A stretch of DNA of 64,000 nucleotides. It comes from Sodaliphilus sp. (lineage in GTDB: Bacteria; Bacteroidota; Bacteroidia; Bacteroidales; Muribaculaceae). This document shows positions 28,936 through 38,700 of this stretch, piece by piece (position 1 is the first letter of the stretch; every line of letters starts with the position of its first letter). The stretch spans positions 16,770 through 80,769 of the forward strand of contig JAZQJW010000077.1 in NCBI GenBank assembly GCA_045541835.1, read 5' to 3'. A program made the translations under genes and the position numbers. A model generated the notes under the pieces. The model saw only the letters and a program-made list of their open reading frames with translations, was not told the origin of the DNA and made no database searches.

Positions 28936-31900
28936 ATGAGAGGAACGTTATTTATCCTATTCTCTCTGGTTCTTGCCTTGGGACTTCATGCGAAGCCCCA
29001 AGGCAAGTTTGTCCGTGTGGAAGGTGTCGACCTGATACAGCCTGACGGAGAGAAACTTTATATTCAGGGTACTAACCTGGGTAACTGGCTCAACCCTGAA
29101 GGCTACATGTTCGGCCTGAGCAAGACCAACTCGCCCTGGATGATTGACCTGATGATCAAGGAGGCTGTCGGACCCGACTTTGCCGCCGATTTCTGGCGCC
29201 AGTTCAAGGACAACTACATCACGCGCGCCGACATCGCCTTCATCGCGCGTCAAGGAGCGAACACCATCCGCCTGCCGTTCAACTACAGGCTCTTCACCAA
29301 TGAGGACTATATGGGGCGGACCACCGACCAGGACGGGTTTGCCCGCATCGACTCGGTGGTGAACTGGTGCCGCGCCGCAGGTCTCTACCTGATTCTCGAC
29401 ATGCACGATTGTCCGGGTGGACAGACCGGCGACAACATCGACGACGGCCATGGCTATCCGTGGCTCTTCGAGAGCGAGCCCAGCCAGCAGTTGTTCTGCG
29501 ACATCTGGCAGCGCATCGCCGCCCGTTACAAGGATGAGCCCGTGATTCTGGGCTATGAACTGATGAATGAGCCGATTGCCCACTATTTCGAGAACAAGGA
29601 TGAACTGAACAAACAACTCGAACCGCTTTACAAGCGTGCCGTGGCTGCCATCCGTCAGGTGGACCCCAATCACGTGATTCTGCTGGGCGGAGCCCGCTGG
29701 AACTCAGATTTCTTCATGTTCAGCGACTGGAAATTTGACGACAACATCATGTACACCTGCCACCGCTATGGCGGCGACGCCACAGCCGAGGCCATCAAGG
29801 ACTACATCGATTTCCGTGACAATACGGGTCTGCCGATGTATATGGGTGAGACAGGACACAACAGCAACGAATGGCAATCCCAACTGGTCGACGTAATGAA
29901 ACAGGCCAACATCGGCTACACCTTCTGGCCCTACAAGAAAATCGACGGCTCGTGCATGATGGGCATCACCAGGCCCGACATGTGGGACAGCATCGTCGTG
30001 AAGTATTCCGAGGCCCCCCGCACCACCTATCAGGAATTGCGCGAGGCACGCCCCGACCAGGCATTGTTCCGTCGGTTGCTGATGCAGTATGTTGAGAACA
30101 GCCGATACGAACATTGCACCCCACAGACCGACTACATCAAGTCGCTGGGGATGACTCCTCGACAGCCCGCCTATCTTGACGACCAGGCTACCATCGAGGA
30201 GCGCGTGGAGGATGCATTGGCCCGCATGACGCTGGACGAGAAGATTGCCGTCATCCATGCCCAGAGCAAGTTCTCCTCACCCGGTGTGAAACGATTGGGC
30301 ATGCCCGACTTCTGGACCGACGACGGACCTCACGGCGTGCGACCCGACGTGCTGTGGGACGAATGGGAACAGGCCGGACAGACCAACGACTCCTGTGTCG
30401 CCTTCCCCGCCCTGACGTGCCTTGCCGCCTCGTGGAACCCCCAGTTGGCCAAACTCTACGGCCGCAGCCTGGGCGAAGAGGCGCGCTACCGTGGCAAGGA
30501 CATGATTCTGGGTCCCGGCGTGAACATCAACCGCACCCCGTTGAACGGCCGTAACTTTGAATACTTGGGCGAGGATCCCCTGCTGGCCTCACGCATGGTA
30601 GTGCCCTATATTCAGGGCCTGCAAAGCACCGGCACGGCGGCATGTGTGAAGCACTTCTGCCTCAACAACGATGAGGAATACCGCCACCAGGTGAATGTCA
30701 TCGTGAGCGACCGCGCCCTGCGTGAAATCTACCTGCCCGCATTTGAGGCCGCCGTCAAGGAAGGCCACACTTGGGGCATCATGGGCTCCTACAACCTGTA
30801 TAAGAACCAGCACTGCTGCCAAAACCAGTACACCCTCAACCAGATTCTGAAAGGCGACTGGCAGTATGACGGCGTAGTCGTCAGCGATTGGGGCGGTACC
30901 CATGACACCGAGATGGCCGTCAAGAACGGATTGGACATGGAGTTTGGCAGCTGGACCGACGGTCTGGCATGGGGCGCAAGCAACGCCTATGACGCCTACT
31001 TCATGGCTAAGCCGTACAAAAAACTCATCCAAGACGGCCAGTTCACGACGCGTGAGCTTGACGACAAGGTGCGCCGTGTGTTGCGCCTATTCTTCCGTAC
31101 CACGATGTCGAACAAGCGTTCAAAGGGATTCCTGTGCAGCGAGGCGCACTATGACGCAGCATTAAAGATTGCCCAAGACGGCATCGTGCTGCTGCAGAAC
31201 AAGCGCAATGTGCTGCCCATCGACCTCAACAACACCAAGCGAGTGCTTGTTGTCGGCGAGAATGCCATCAAGATGATGACTGTCGGCGGCGGCAGCAGTT
31301 CGCTCAAGGTGCAGCACGAGATCCTGCCTCTTGAAGGTCTCAAGGATCGCCTTGCAGGCACCGGCATCGAGGTGGACTATGCCCGCGGCTATGTGGGCGA
31401 CACCACAGGCGAGTACAATGGTGTTGTCGCCAAGCAATCGTTGGCCGACAACCGTTCAGCCAGTGAACTCATTGCCGAAGCCGTCGCCAAGGCCAAGGGT
31501 GCCGACTATGTCATCATCTTCGGCGGCCTGAACAAGAGTGACTATCAGGATGCCGAGGGCCACGACCGCAAGAACATGGATATGCCCTACGGTCAGGATG
31601 CGCTCGTCGAGGCATTGGCACGCGTGAACAAGAACGTGGTCTTTGTCAACATCTCGGGCGACGCCGTGGCGATGCCCTGGCGCGACAAGGTCGCCGGCAT
31701 CGTTCAAGGATGGTTTATCGGCAGTGAGACGGGCAAAGCATTCGCCAGCATTCTCGTTGGTGACGCCAACCCGTCAGGAAAACTGCCGTTTACCTGGCCC
31801 GCGAGCCTCAACGACCTCGGCGCACATGCCACGGGTTCATACCCCGGCACCTGGCGCGACGGCCACAAAATCATCGATGAGGAATACAAGGAGGGCATCT

Positions 31901-32331
31901 ATGTGGGTTACCGTTGGACCGACAAGCAGAACAAGAAACCGATGTTCGCCTTCGGTCATGGACTGAGTTACACGACCTTTGCCGTGAGCAACCTGCGCCT
32001 GGACAAGAGCGACGTCGCCCCCGACGGCACCGTGACCGCCACCGTGACGGTCAAGAACACCGGTAACCGTGCCGGCGCCGAGGTCGTTCAACTCTACGTC
32101 AGCGACCAGAGCGGCAATACAGATATGCCCGTCAAGGAATTGCGCGGCTTCCAGAAGGTCACCTTGCAGCCCGGCGAGAGCCGCGACGTGACCATCACCA
32201 TCGGCGGACGCGCCTTCCAATACTGGGACGAGGCCAAGAACGGCTGGACCACATCGCTCGGCAAGCGACTGATGCTCGTCGGCACTTCCGGCGACAATCT
32301 CCCCCTCAAGGCTTCGTTCACCGTGCGTTAA
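28936..32331 (+). CDS. Fusion of a GH5 glycoside hydrolase (N-terminal) and a GH3 beta-glucosidase (C-terminal), 1131 aa
   Basis: GH5: GTNLGNWLNPEGYMF, GYELMNEPIA, MYMGETGHN. GH3: DGPHGVR, VKHFCLNNDE, VVSDWGG, plus an Fn3-like end. Confidence 0.85.
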   Translation: MRGTLFILFSLVLALGLHAKPQGKFVRVEGVDLIQPDGEKLYIQGTNLGNWLNPEGYMFGLSKTNSPWMIDLMIKEAVGPDFAADFWRQFKDNYITRADIAFIARQGANTIRLPFNYRLFTNEDYMGRTTDQDGFARIDSVVNWCRAAGLYLILDMHDCPGGQTGDNIDDGHGYPWLFESEPSQQLFCDIWQRIAARYKDEPVILGYELMNEPIAHYFENKDELNKQLEPLYKRAVAAIRQVDPNHVILLGGARWNSDFFMFSDWKFDDNIMYTCHRYGGDATAEAIKDYIDFRDNTGLPMYMGETGHNSNEWQSQLVDVMKQANIGYTFWPYKKIDGSCMMGITRPDMWDSIVVKYSEAPRTTYQELREARPDQALFRRLLMQYVENSRYEHCTPQTDYIKSLGMTPRQPAYLDDQATIEERVEDALARMTLDEKIAVIHAQSKFSSPGVKRLGMPDFWTDDGPHGVRPDVLWDEWEQAGQTNDSCVAFPALTCLAASWNPQLAKLYGRSLGEEARYRGKDMILGPGVNINRTPLNGRNFEYLGEDPLLASRMVVPYIQGLQSTGTAACVKHFCLNNDEEYRHQVNVIVSDRALREIYLPAFEAAVKEGHTWGIMGSYNLYKNQHCCQNQYTLNQILKGDWQYDGVVVSDWGGTHDTEMAVKNGLDMEFGSWTDGLAWGASNAYDAYFMAKPYKKLIQDGQFTTRELDDKVRRVLRLFFRTTMSNKRSKGFLCSEAHYDAALKIAQDGIVLLQNKRNVLPIDLNNTKRVLVVGENAIKMMTVGGGSSSLKVQHEILPLEGLKDRLAGTGIEVDYARGYVGDTTGEYNGVVAKQSLADNRSASELIAEAVAKAKGADYVIIFGGLNKSDYQDAEGHDRKNMDMPYGQDALVEALARVNKNVVFVNISGDAVAMPWRDKVAGIVQGWFIGSETGKAFASILVGDANPSGKLPFTWPASLNDLGAHATGSYPGTWRDGHKIIDEEYKEGIYVGYRWTDKQNKKPMFAFGHGLSYTTFAVSNLRLDKSDVAPDGTVTATVTVKNTGNRAGAEVVQLYVSDQSGNTDMPVKELRGFQKVTLQPGESRDVTITIGGRAFQYWDEAKNGWTTSLGKRLMLVGTSGDNLPLKASFTVR

Positions 32332-32364
32332 ATCAGGCTTTTAATTTGATTAAGTTTTTGATAC

Positions 32365-32408
32365 AAGAGGCAGGAAGCGCGATGTTTCCCGCCTCTTGGC
32401 TTTTTATT
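32365..32408 (+). terminator. Rho-independent terminator after the GH5-GH3 gene
   Basis: AAGAGGCAGGAA/TTCCCGCCTCTT stem followed by GGCTTTTTATT. Confidence 0.8.
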
Positions 32409-32466
32409 AAAACGCCGTCAATAAACTTTTTTTCATTAAAAAGGTTGCCAGTTCAAGAAAAAGCAG

Positions 32467-32474
32467 TACTTTTG
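32467..32474 (+). promoter_or_regulatory. -7 box TACTTTTG in front of the small-RNA candidate
   Basis: Exact TAnnTTTG match located between two convergent protein genes. Confidence 0.5.
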
Positions 32475-32477
32475 CAG

Positions 32478-32582
32478 CCGGGTAAGTCCTACACGGCCAG
32501 CTCCCTCCCAATCCCCCAGGCCTTGACCGGAGCAAGGGTAACGAGGTCGTAGCGGCGCGCTGTAGTTCACTTGCCCTTTTTT
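32478..32582 (+). ncRNA. ~100-nt long-hairpin small RNA candidate (possibly SRP/4.5S-like; identity unconfirmed)
   Basis: Nested pairings GGGTAAG/CTTGCCC, CTACA/TGTAG, CCTC/GAGG and apical CCTTG(ACCGGAG)CAAGG. A T6 run follows the closing helix. The CCAGG..ACCGGAG stretch resembles the SRP domain IV region. Confidence 0.4.
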
Positions 32583-32593
32583 GTACCCCTAAC

Positions 32594-32647
32594 ACACGAG
32601 TGCACGCCACCTGTTAAGCAGCGCGCACTCGTGTTGTTTTTTGTTTT
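32594..32647 (+). terminator. Second plus-strand intrinsic terminator
   Basis: ACACGAGTGC/GCACTCGTGT 10-bp stem followed by TGTTTTTTGTTTT. Confidence 0.7.
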
Positions 32648-32710
32648 GAGACTGTCTTACAGGCCAGAGGCTCGTAGTACTGACAATGCCTCGATGACAG
32701 GGGACGTGAC

Positions 32711-33910
32711 TCAGCGGAGCATGTCGCGCACCTCGTCCAGGCTGCCGTCGTTAGGAGACGGGGTAACGCCCAGCAGGTAGCACAGCAGCGGATAGATGCA
32801 GACGTTGCGGAAACGGTCAGGCTTCTCGTAGCCCACCTTGAAATCGGGGCCGATGGCACGGAAACCCACCTGCATGTCGGCCGCCGTGTGATCGAAGCCG
32901 TGACTGCCGCGCTGTTTTTTGGAAGGCTTGTCGGCAAAGAGCCAGCCCACGTCGGGCAGAACGACGACATCACCCATGTTCTTGTTGGTGCCATAACCCA
33001 GATAGGCAGGGATATCGGCTTTTTTCCAAGCGCGGATGTGGTCCACTCCCTGCAAGGCGTCGCAGATGCTGTCGATATACTGCGGTGCGCTGGCATAGAT
33101 GAGTGTGGGATAATCGTTGCAGAAGCGCTCATACCAGTGCTTGGGCAACACATCGTCGATATCGACAAAGCGCTTGGGGTCCACGCTGGCCATGCCATGG
33201 TCGCCCGTAACGATGAAGTTCACCTGGCTGGCGATGGGCAACTGCTGAATGCGCGCCCACAGATTGCTCAACAACAGGTCCATGTCTTCCAGGGCGCGAC
33301 GCGTGACGCCGTTCAAGGGGCCATAACTGTGGGCCGAGTGGTCGGGTTCCTCGAAGTAGGCCATCACGAGATGGGGACGCTCGTCTTCGGGCAAATTGAG
33401 CAGCCTGATGATCTCATCGACGCGGCCAGGGTAATCGAGTTGTTCGGTCTGGTAGTCGCGCCAGTAGGTTGGATGCTCGCCGTTGATAGCGACATCACTG
33501 CCCACCCAGAAGACCGATGCGGTCTTCACGCCCTGATGCTTGGCCGTGAGCCACACGGGGTCGCCGCCATAGTAGTAACCCTTGCTGCGCGTCTCTTGGT
33601 TACGCAACGAGTACTCCACACCGCGCTCTCGGTCCCAGAAAACGTTGGAGATGATACCGTGATGGTCGGGAGTAAGACCTGTCGCCAGCGTGTAGTGATT
33701 AGGGAAGGTCTTGCTCGGGAACGACGGCTGCATCACCGCCTTGACACCCTCGGTGGCCAACTGGTCCATGAAAGGCACGTCATAGGCATCCAGATAGTCC
33801 CAACGCAGACCGTCGAGCGAGATGATCACCGTGTAATTGTCACGGCCAGCAGCCTCGCCCGCAACCGTCATCAGCGACAGAAATGCCAACAGTAAAAACA
33901 ATCTTTTCAT
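32711..33910 (-). CDS. Ectonucleotide pyrophosphatase/phosphodiesterase (NPP, alkaline-phosphatase superfamily)
   Basis: Signal peptide; VIISLDGLRWDY; PSKTFPNHYTLATGLTPDHHGII; VTGDHGM. Confidence 0.85.
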   Translation of the reverse strand: MKRLFLLLAFLSLMTVAGEAAGRDNYTVIISLDGLRWDYLDAYDVPFMDQLATEGVKAVMQPSFPSKTFPNHYTLATGLTPDHHGIISNVFWDRERGVEYSLRNQETRSKGYYYGGDPVWLTAKHQGVKTASVFWVGSDVAINGEHPTYWRDYQTEQLDYPGRVDEIIRLLNLPEDERPHLVMAYFEEPDHSAHSYGPLNGVTRRALEDMDLLLSNLWARIQQLPIASQVNFIVTGDHGMASVDPKRFVDIDDVLPKHWYERFCNDYPTLIYASAPQYIDSICDALQGVDHIRAWKKADIPAYLGYGTNKNMGDVVVLPDVGWLFADKPSKKQRGSHGFDHTAADMQVGFRAIGPDFKVGYEKPDRFRNVCIYPLLCYLLGVTPSPNDGSLDEVRDMLR

Positions 33911-33941
33911 CGTCTATCAGTTTTAAAGTCGTTCAATGCCA

Positions 33942-33949
33942 CAAAGGTA
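33942..33949 (-). promoter_or_regulatory. -7 box TACCTTTG upstream of the NPP gene
   Basis: Exact TAnnTTTG match about 32 nt upstream of the ATG at 33910. Confidence 0.5.
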
Positions 33950-34080
33950 ACTAAAAACTCACATCCCACCAAGGCTTTCATGAGCCATTGTGCGGCAGTC
34001 CGAGGCATAGCCTCGGATTACACCAACAAGGACACGATGGCAAAGGCACAGCGACAAGGACACGACAACAAGGGCACAGC

Positions 34081-34114
34081 GATAAAACAAGGGAGCGGCC
34101 AAATGGTCGCTCCC
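34081..34114 (-). terminator. Rho-independent terminator after the OB-fold lipoprotein gene
   Basis: Minus sense: GGGAGCG..CGCTCCC stem followed by TTGTTTTATC. Confidence 0.75.
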
Positions 34115-34197
34115 TGCAACAAATTCATGATTGAATGTAATACGCTTAGTAACGGGACTCAGAAATGTAATTCATATTGAGGCCCGAAGCCACGGGT

Positions 34198-35715
34198 TTA
34201 CTCGGCCTTCTCGTGTGAGAAGTAAACACCGTTGGACAGCTGCGGGTTGCCGTTGTGCGTGTAGCGTACGCCAATCACGCTGAGTTTGTCGCCTACTGCG
34301 AGGCCAAGCGTTTCGAACAAGCCCTTGCGGTTGTCACCGGTAGCGCCCCAACCGGGATAGCAACCATAGACATACACGCTGTTGGTCTCATCCTCGAGGG
34401 TCACGTTACCGTAAACGGGATTAGCGATATCGATAATGGTACCTGTGATCCTATAGTAGGTGTTGGGATCATCCTCCTTGTCGAGGAACTCGTCGATGCT
34501 GACTGGAGTTACGGGAATGACATTCTCAAGTACAGCGCCAACCATCTGAGGTTCGCCCTTGTACTCGCCACGCTTGCCCACGAGGGTAACAACGTCGCCT
34601 TCCTTCAGGCCAGCAGCCTCAAAGTCACCCTTGGCACCGATGCCATAGACGTAGGTCTCGCCCGACCAGTCACGGATATAAACATTACCATAGGTTGTAT
34701 TAGCCACCTTGGAGATCACACCGGTGATGCGGTACTGCGTCTCACTCACTTCGGCCTCCAGGAACTCGGCTACAGTAGCAGCCACGATAGAACCCTTCTG
34801 GATGATGGTTGCCATTGCGGTATATTCCTTACCCTTGTCGTCGACAGTCTTGAAGACCACGGTAGCGTTGCGGTCGCCACCATTGTTGGCATTGGCATGG
34901 AAGGTTACCACGGGCTCAGCGCCACCGGATACCGACACGATGCCCAGCCAGTTCTTGGCCCCGTCGGGAATCTCGACTGAGATGCCGTTGCTGGTCTTGC
35001 AGGTCAGGTTCACGGTCACGTTACCACCCTCCTTAGGAATCGTGGCATCCTCGGGATCATAACCCTCGACCTTGACAAGCGACTTCTGGATATTGATAAC
35101 AGTTACGTCAACGAGTTCAACGGTACCGTTATATACGGTTTTGGGACCCTCGACGGTAACGATGTCACCCTCCTCAAGGCCCAGGCTCAAGAAGTTCTTG
35201 GTACCACCCTTGGCATCCAGGGTACCATAGATGTAAACCTCACCCGTCTCGTCAACCAAATACCAGTTACCGTAGGTTGTGTTGCTGATTCTGGTCACAG
35301 TACCGGTCACGCGGTAGGTCTTGCTCTCGGGGCCGGCAATGACCTCGGCGCAAGTAGCCTCCTTAACGACAGCGAGACCTTGGATCACGTTGATAGTCTG
35401 GCTCTTGTCAGCACAAGCGACATGCAGCACGGAGGAGCGGCCGTCGGGGGCGGGCTCGGCGCTGAAGGTCACCCGGGTCTCACCGGCGCCACCATTCATG
35501 GGGCTCACGGTCAACCAAGCAGGGATTTCGGCCTCGTCAAACGACCAAGCCTCCTTGGCGGTGATGGTAATCGTGTTAGAGCCACCAGCCTCGTTGATGC
35601 TCACGTAGGAAGAAGAAACCTGAATCTCATCGAGCAAGGTAATTGCATCGTCATCGGAGCAAGCCGACAACATAGCAACCAGTGCAAAAAACGAAATAAA
35701 ATATTTGAGCTTCAT
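34198..35715 (-). CDS. Surface lipoprotein with alternating BACON-like and OB-fold (nucleic-acid-binding-like) domains
   Basis: Lipobox AMLSACS. Two BACON-like Ig segments. Three repeats of type YR(V/I)TG.(V/I)..I.N..YGN.Y(L/I).D..GE.Y(I/V)YG...G(D).V. Confidence 0.7.
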   Translation of the reverse strand: MKLKYFISFFALVAMLSACSDDDAITLLDEIQVSSSYVSINEAGGSNTITITAKEAWSFDEAEIPAWLTVSPMNGGAGETRVTFSAEPAPDGRSSVLHVACADKSQTINVIQGLAVVKEATCAEVIAGPESKTYRVTGTVTRISNTTYGNWYLVDETGEVYIYGTLDAKGGTKNFLSLGLEEGDIVTVEGPKTVYNGTVELVDVTVINIQKSLVKVEGYDPEDATIPKEGGNVTVNLTCKTSNGISVEIPDGAKNWLGIVSVSGGAEPVVTFHANANNGGDRNATVVFKTVDDKGKEYTAMATIIQKGSIVAATVAEFLEAEVSETQYRITGVISKVANTTYGNVYIRDWSGETYVYGIGAKGDFEAAGLKEGDVVTLVGKRGEYKGEPQMVGAVLENVIPVTPVSIDEFLDKEDDPNTYYRITGTIIDIANPVYGNVTLEDETNSVYVYGCYPGWGATGDNRKGLFETLGLAVGDKLSVIGVRYTHNGNPQLSNGVYFSHEKAE

Positions 35716-35738
35716 AATAATGTCTTAGTCTTTAGGGA

Positions 35739-38700
35739 TTAGTTGAAGATGTACTTGATACCGATAGAAGCGTTCCAGCACTGACCTACGGACTTGTTGG
35801 GAACGAAGGTCTTGGTAGCACCGTTGATGGAGCCCGGAGTCGAGAAGGTGGCATAGCCCTCAGCGTCAACGCCCTCATACTTGAGGATGCGGGGATCGCT
35901 GCCGATCTCGGGGTTGAGGTACTTGCTCACGCCCCAACTCGAGTTGAAGAGGTTCAGCACGTTCTTCACGTCGAAGAGCAACTGCAGGGTGTGCTTGGCA
36001 CCGCTGACATTCAGTGAGAAGTCATGCTTGTAACTAAAGTCAATGCGATGAACCCAGGGGTTGTACAGGCTGTAGGCCTCGGCATACTGACCCTGATGGT
36101 TCTTAAGGTAGTTGTTAGCATGAACGTAGTCCATGAAGCGGGTCTTGTCGCCCTCGCTCACGAAGCGGAACTCGCGGTTAGCGACCTGCTCGTCGGTGGG
36201 AATGTACACTGCATCGTAGTTGTAACCGTCGCCGTTCATGTCGTTGGCCATCATATAGGAGTAGTTGTAACCGCCGCGCCAGGTCTCATAGATCAGGCCA
36301 TAGTGGTTACCGCTGTGGTCATGACCAGTTGCTGACAGGATGAAACGGTCAGGGGTAACATACTGCGAGTTGTGCAGCTTGATGTTGTTGGGACCCTCGA
36401 TGGTGGGAACATAGGTGAAGGCGCTCTCGGCAGCGCTACCGGGCATACCGGTAACCTCCTTCTGCACGGTGTGGGTGTAAGCGGCCATCAGGCTCAGCCA
36501 ATCGGTGGGATCAGCATTCAAGGTCACGTTGGCAATCCAACCATAACCGCGGCTGGTGTTCTCGAGGACGAAAGCCTTGGTACCCGTGCGGAAACCGGCA
36601 GGATAGATGGGACGGTTGTCAACACCGTTGAAGCGGGCGAAGCCACCCACGCTGGGGATAGCCCAGTCGCTGATGCTGGCAGCGTTGATGTTCTTGTTGA
36701 AGATACCCTCGACAGTCACACTGAAGGGGAAGGATACGGGAATCTGATAGTCAACAGCCAACGAGGTCTTCCATACCATCGGCATCTTGAACTTGGGATC
36801 CACAGCACTGATCGACGAGGGAACGGTACCCATGTCAGAGGTCACAACCTCGGGATAACCCATGCCGATGAGCTTGTTGCGCAGAGCGTTGATCGTAGCC
36901 TGGCCGTTCTCGGTCACCAGACCGCCGGCAAACTGGCTCATGTCGATGTAACGGTTACCGTTGGCATCGGTGGTGTAAGCACCAGTGTAGTTCTCAAAGC
37001 CACGGGTCGGGGTACCGGTCTTGCCATCCCAAACCTTGGTGTTGCCATTGAGTTGAGCCTGATACTGTACCAGACCACCGTTGGTGGGCATATTGGTGAA
37101 GAATACCAGGGGCAGACGGCCCGAGAAGAGACCCGAACCACCGCGAACCTTCAGCGCCTTGTTGCCAAATACGTCCCAGCTGAAACCAACGCGAGGTTGG
37201 ATAATCAGGTTGCTGTTGGGCCACTTGCCGGTGTCGATGTGACGTTCGTTGCCTTTATTATCATAATAGTTCAAAGCCAGGATGGCATTGTTGGTGAGCA
37301 GGTCACCATTATTGAAGAACAGACCGTCGAGGCGCAGGCCGTAGGTCAACTTGAAGTTCTTGGTGATGTTCCACTCGTCCTGAGCATAGATACCAGCCTT
37401 GTTGAACTGCACGCGGGCAGCAGGCTTGGTCTCGCTACCGTAACCGTAGGTCAAGCAGACAACCTCGGGGGTTGCACCGTTGATGAAGTCATCAACGCTC
37501 CTGTAGCGGTAGTAACCCGTACCATTACGCATGTACTGGTTGTCGGCCATCTGATGCTCAAAGCTCAGACCACCCATGATCTTGTGGTTACCGTAGTACC
37601 AGGTCACATCGTCACGCAGGTTCCAGATGGTGTTGTGCACGGCGTTGTTCCAGGTGAACAGCTCATAACCCAGGGCCATGTAGTTGTCACGGTTGCCGGC
37701 GTCATCGGTCATCGTGATGTCAATGAAGGGGAACTCGCTCGAGTTGCTGGCACGGATGTCGTCCAGTTTAGATAAGGTAGCCAGGAACTGATTCGACAGG
37801 TTGTCGCTCAGACGGCTGTTCAGGTCAAATGAGAAAGAGTGTACCAGGTTGTCCATGCCATACATTGAGTTGGCGAAGGAGAAAGAGTTCTGCGATACAC
37901 GGTAGCTTGCCATACGCGTGCCACCATCCATCGAAGTACCGTTGGGATTGCTCCAGTAGCGGTTCTTGGTGTAGTTGTAACGCAGGGCCAGGTGGTGGTC
38001 ATGGTTAATGTTCCAGTCCAAGCGGGCAAGAATCTTATAGTTGTTCTCGTCGGCCGGGAATTTGGTCCAAGAGCCAGTGTCATAGCCGTACTTGCTCTTG
38101 ACAAAATTGCTCACACGCTCCAGGTCGTCAAACGTAGTGCGCGAGATACCACGCTCGGCATCGGCAACGCCATTGGTCGACGGGCTCATCGTGTTCACGA
38201 CGGTCGGCTTCTTGGTCATCTCACCGTTCACGAAGAAGAACAGCTTGTCCTTAATGATCGGGCCGCCAATGGTTGCGCCATAGGTGGTCACGCGGTCCTT
38301 CTCACGAGCCGCAGCGCCCAGCTGAGTGCCATCAACAACGTCACCACGCAGGTTCTCGTTGCGGTGGAAGATGTAGGCACTGCCACGGAACTTGTTGGTA
38401 CCGCTCTTGGTGATAGCGTTCACACCACCACCGATGAAGTTGGTCTGACGAACGTCGTAGGGCGAGATAACCACCTGCAGTTCCTCGATAGCCTCGATGC
38501 TGATGGGGTTACCACCACCGGGCAGGTTGTCGCTCAGACCGAAGTTGTTGTTGAAGTTGGCACCGTCAACGGTGAAGTTGGCGGTACGGCCATCGGTACC
38601 TGCAAAACTCATACCGTTACCGCCGTAGGGTGACAGACGGGTGATGTCGGTCAGATTGCGGGTCACGGTGGGCAGGTTGGTGATCTGGGCGCTGTTAATG

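Noticed and set aside
32346-32610. Small ORFs 32346..32552 + and 32407..32610 - in the convergent spacer.
   Set aside because: The region is better explained by a terminator, a promoter and a hairpin RNA. Neither ORF has a start context or any motifs.
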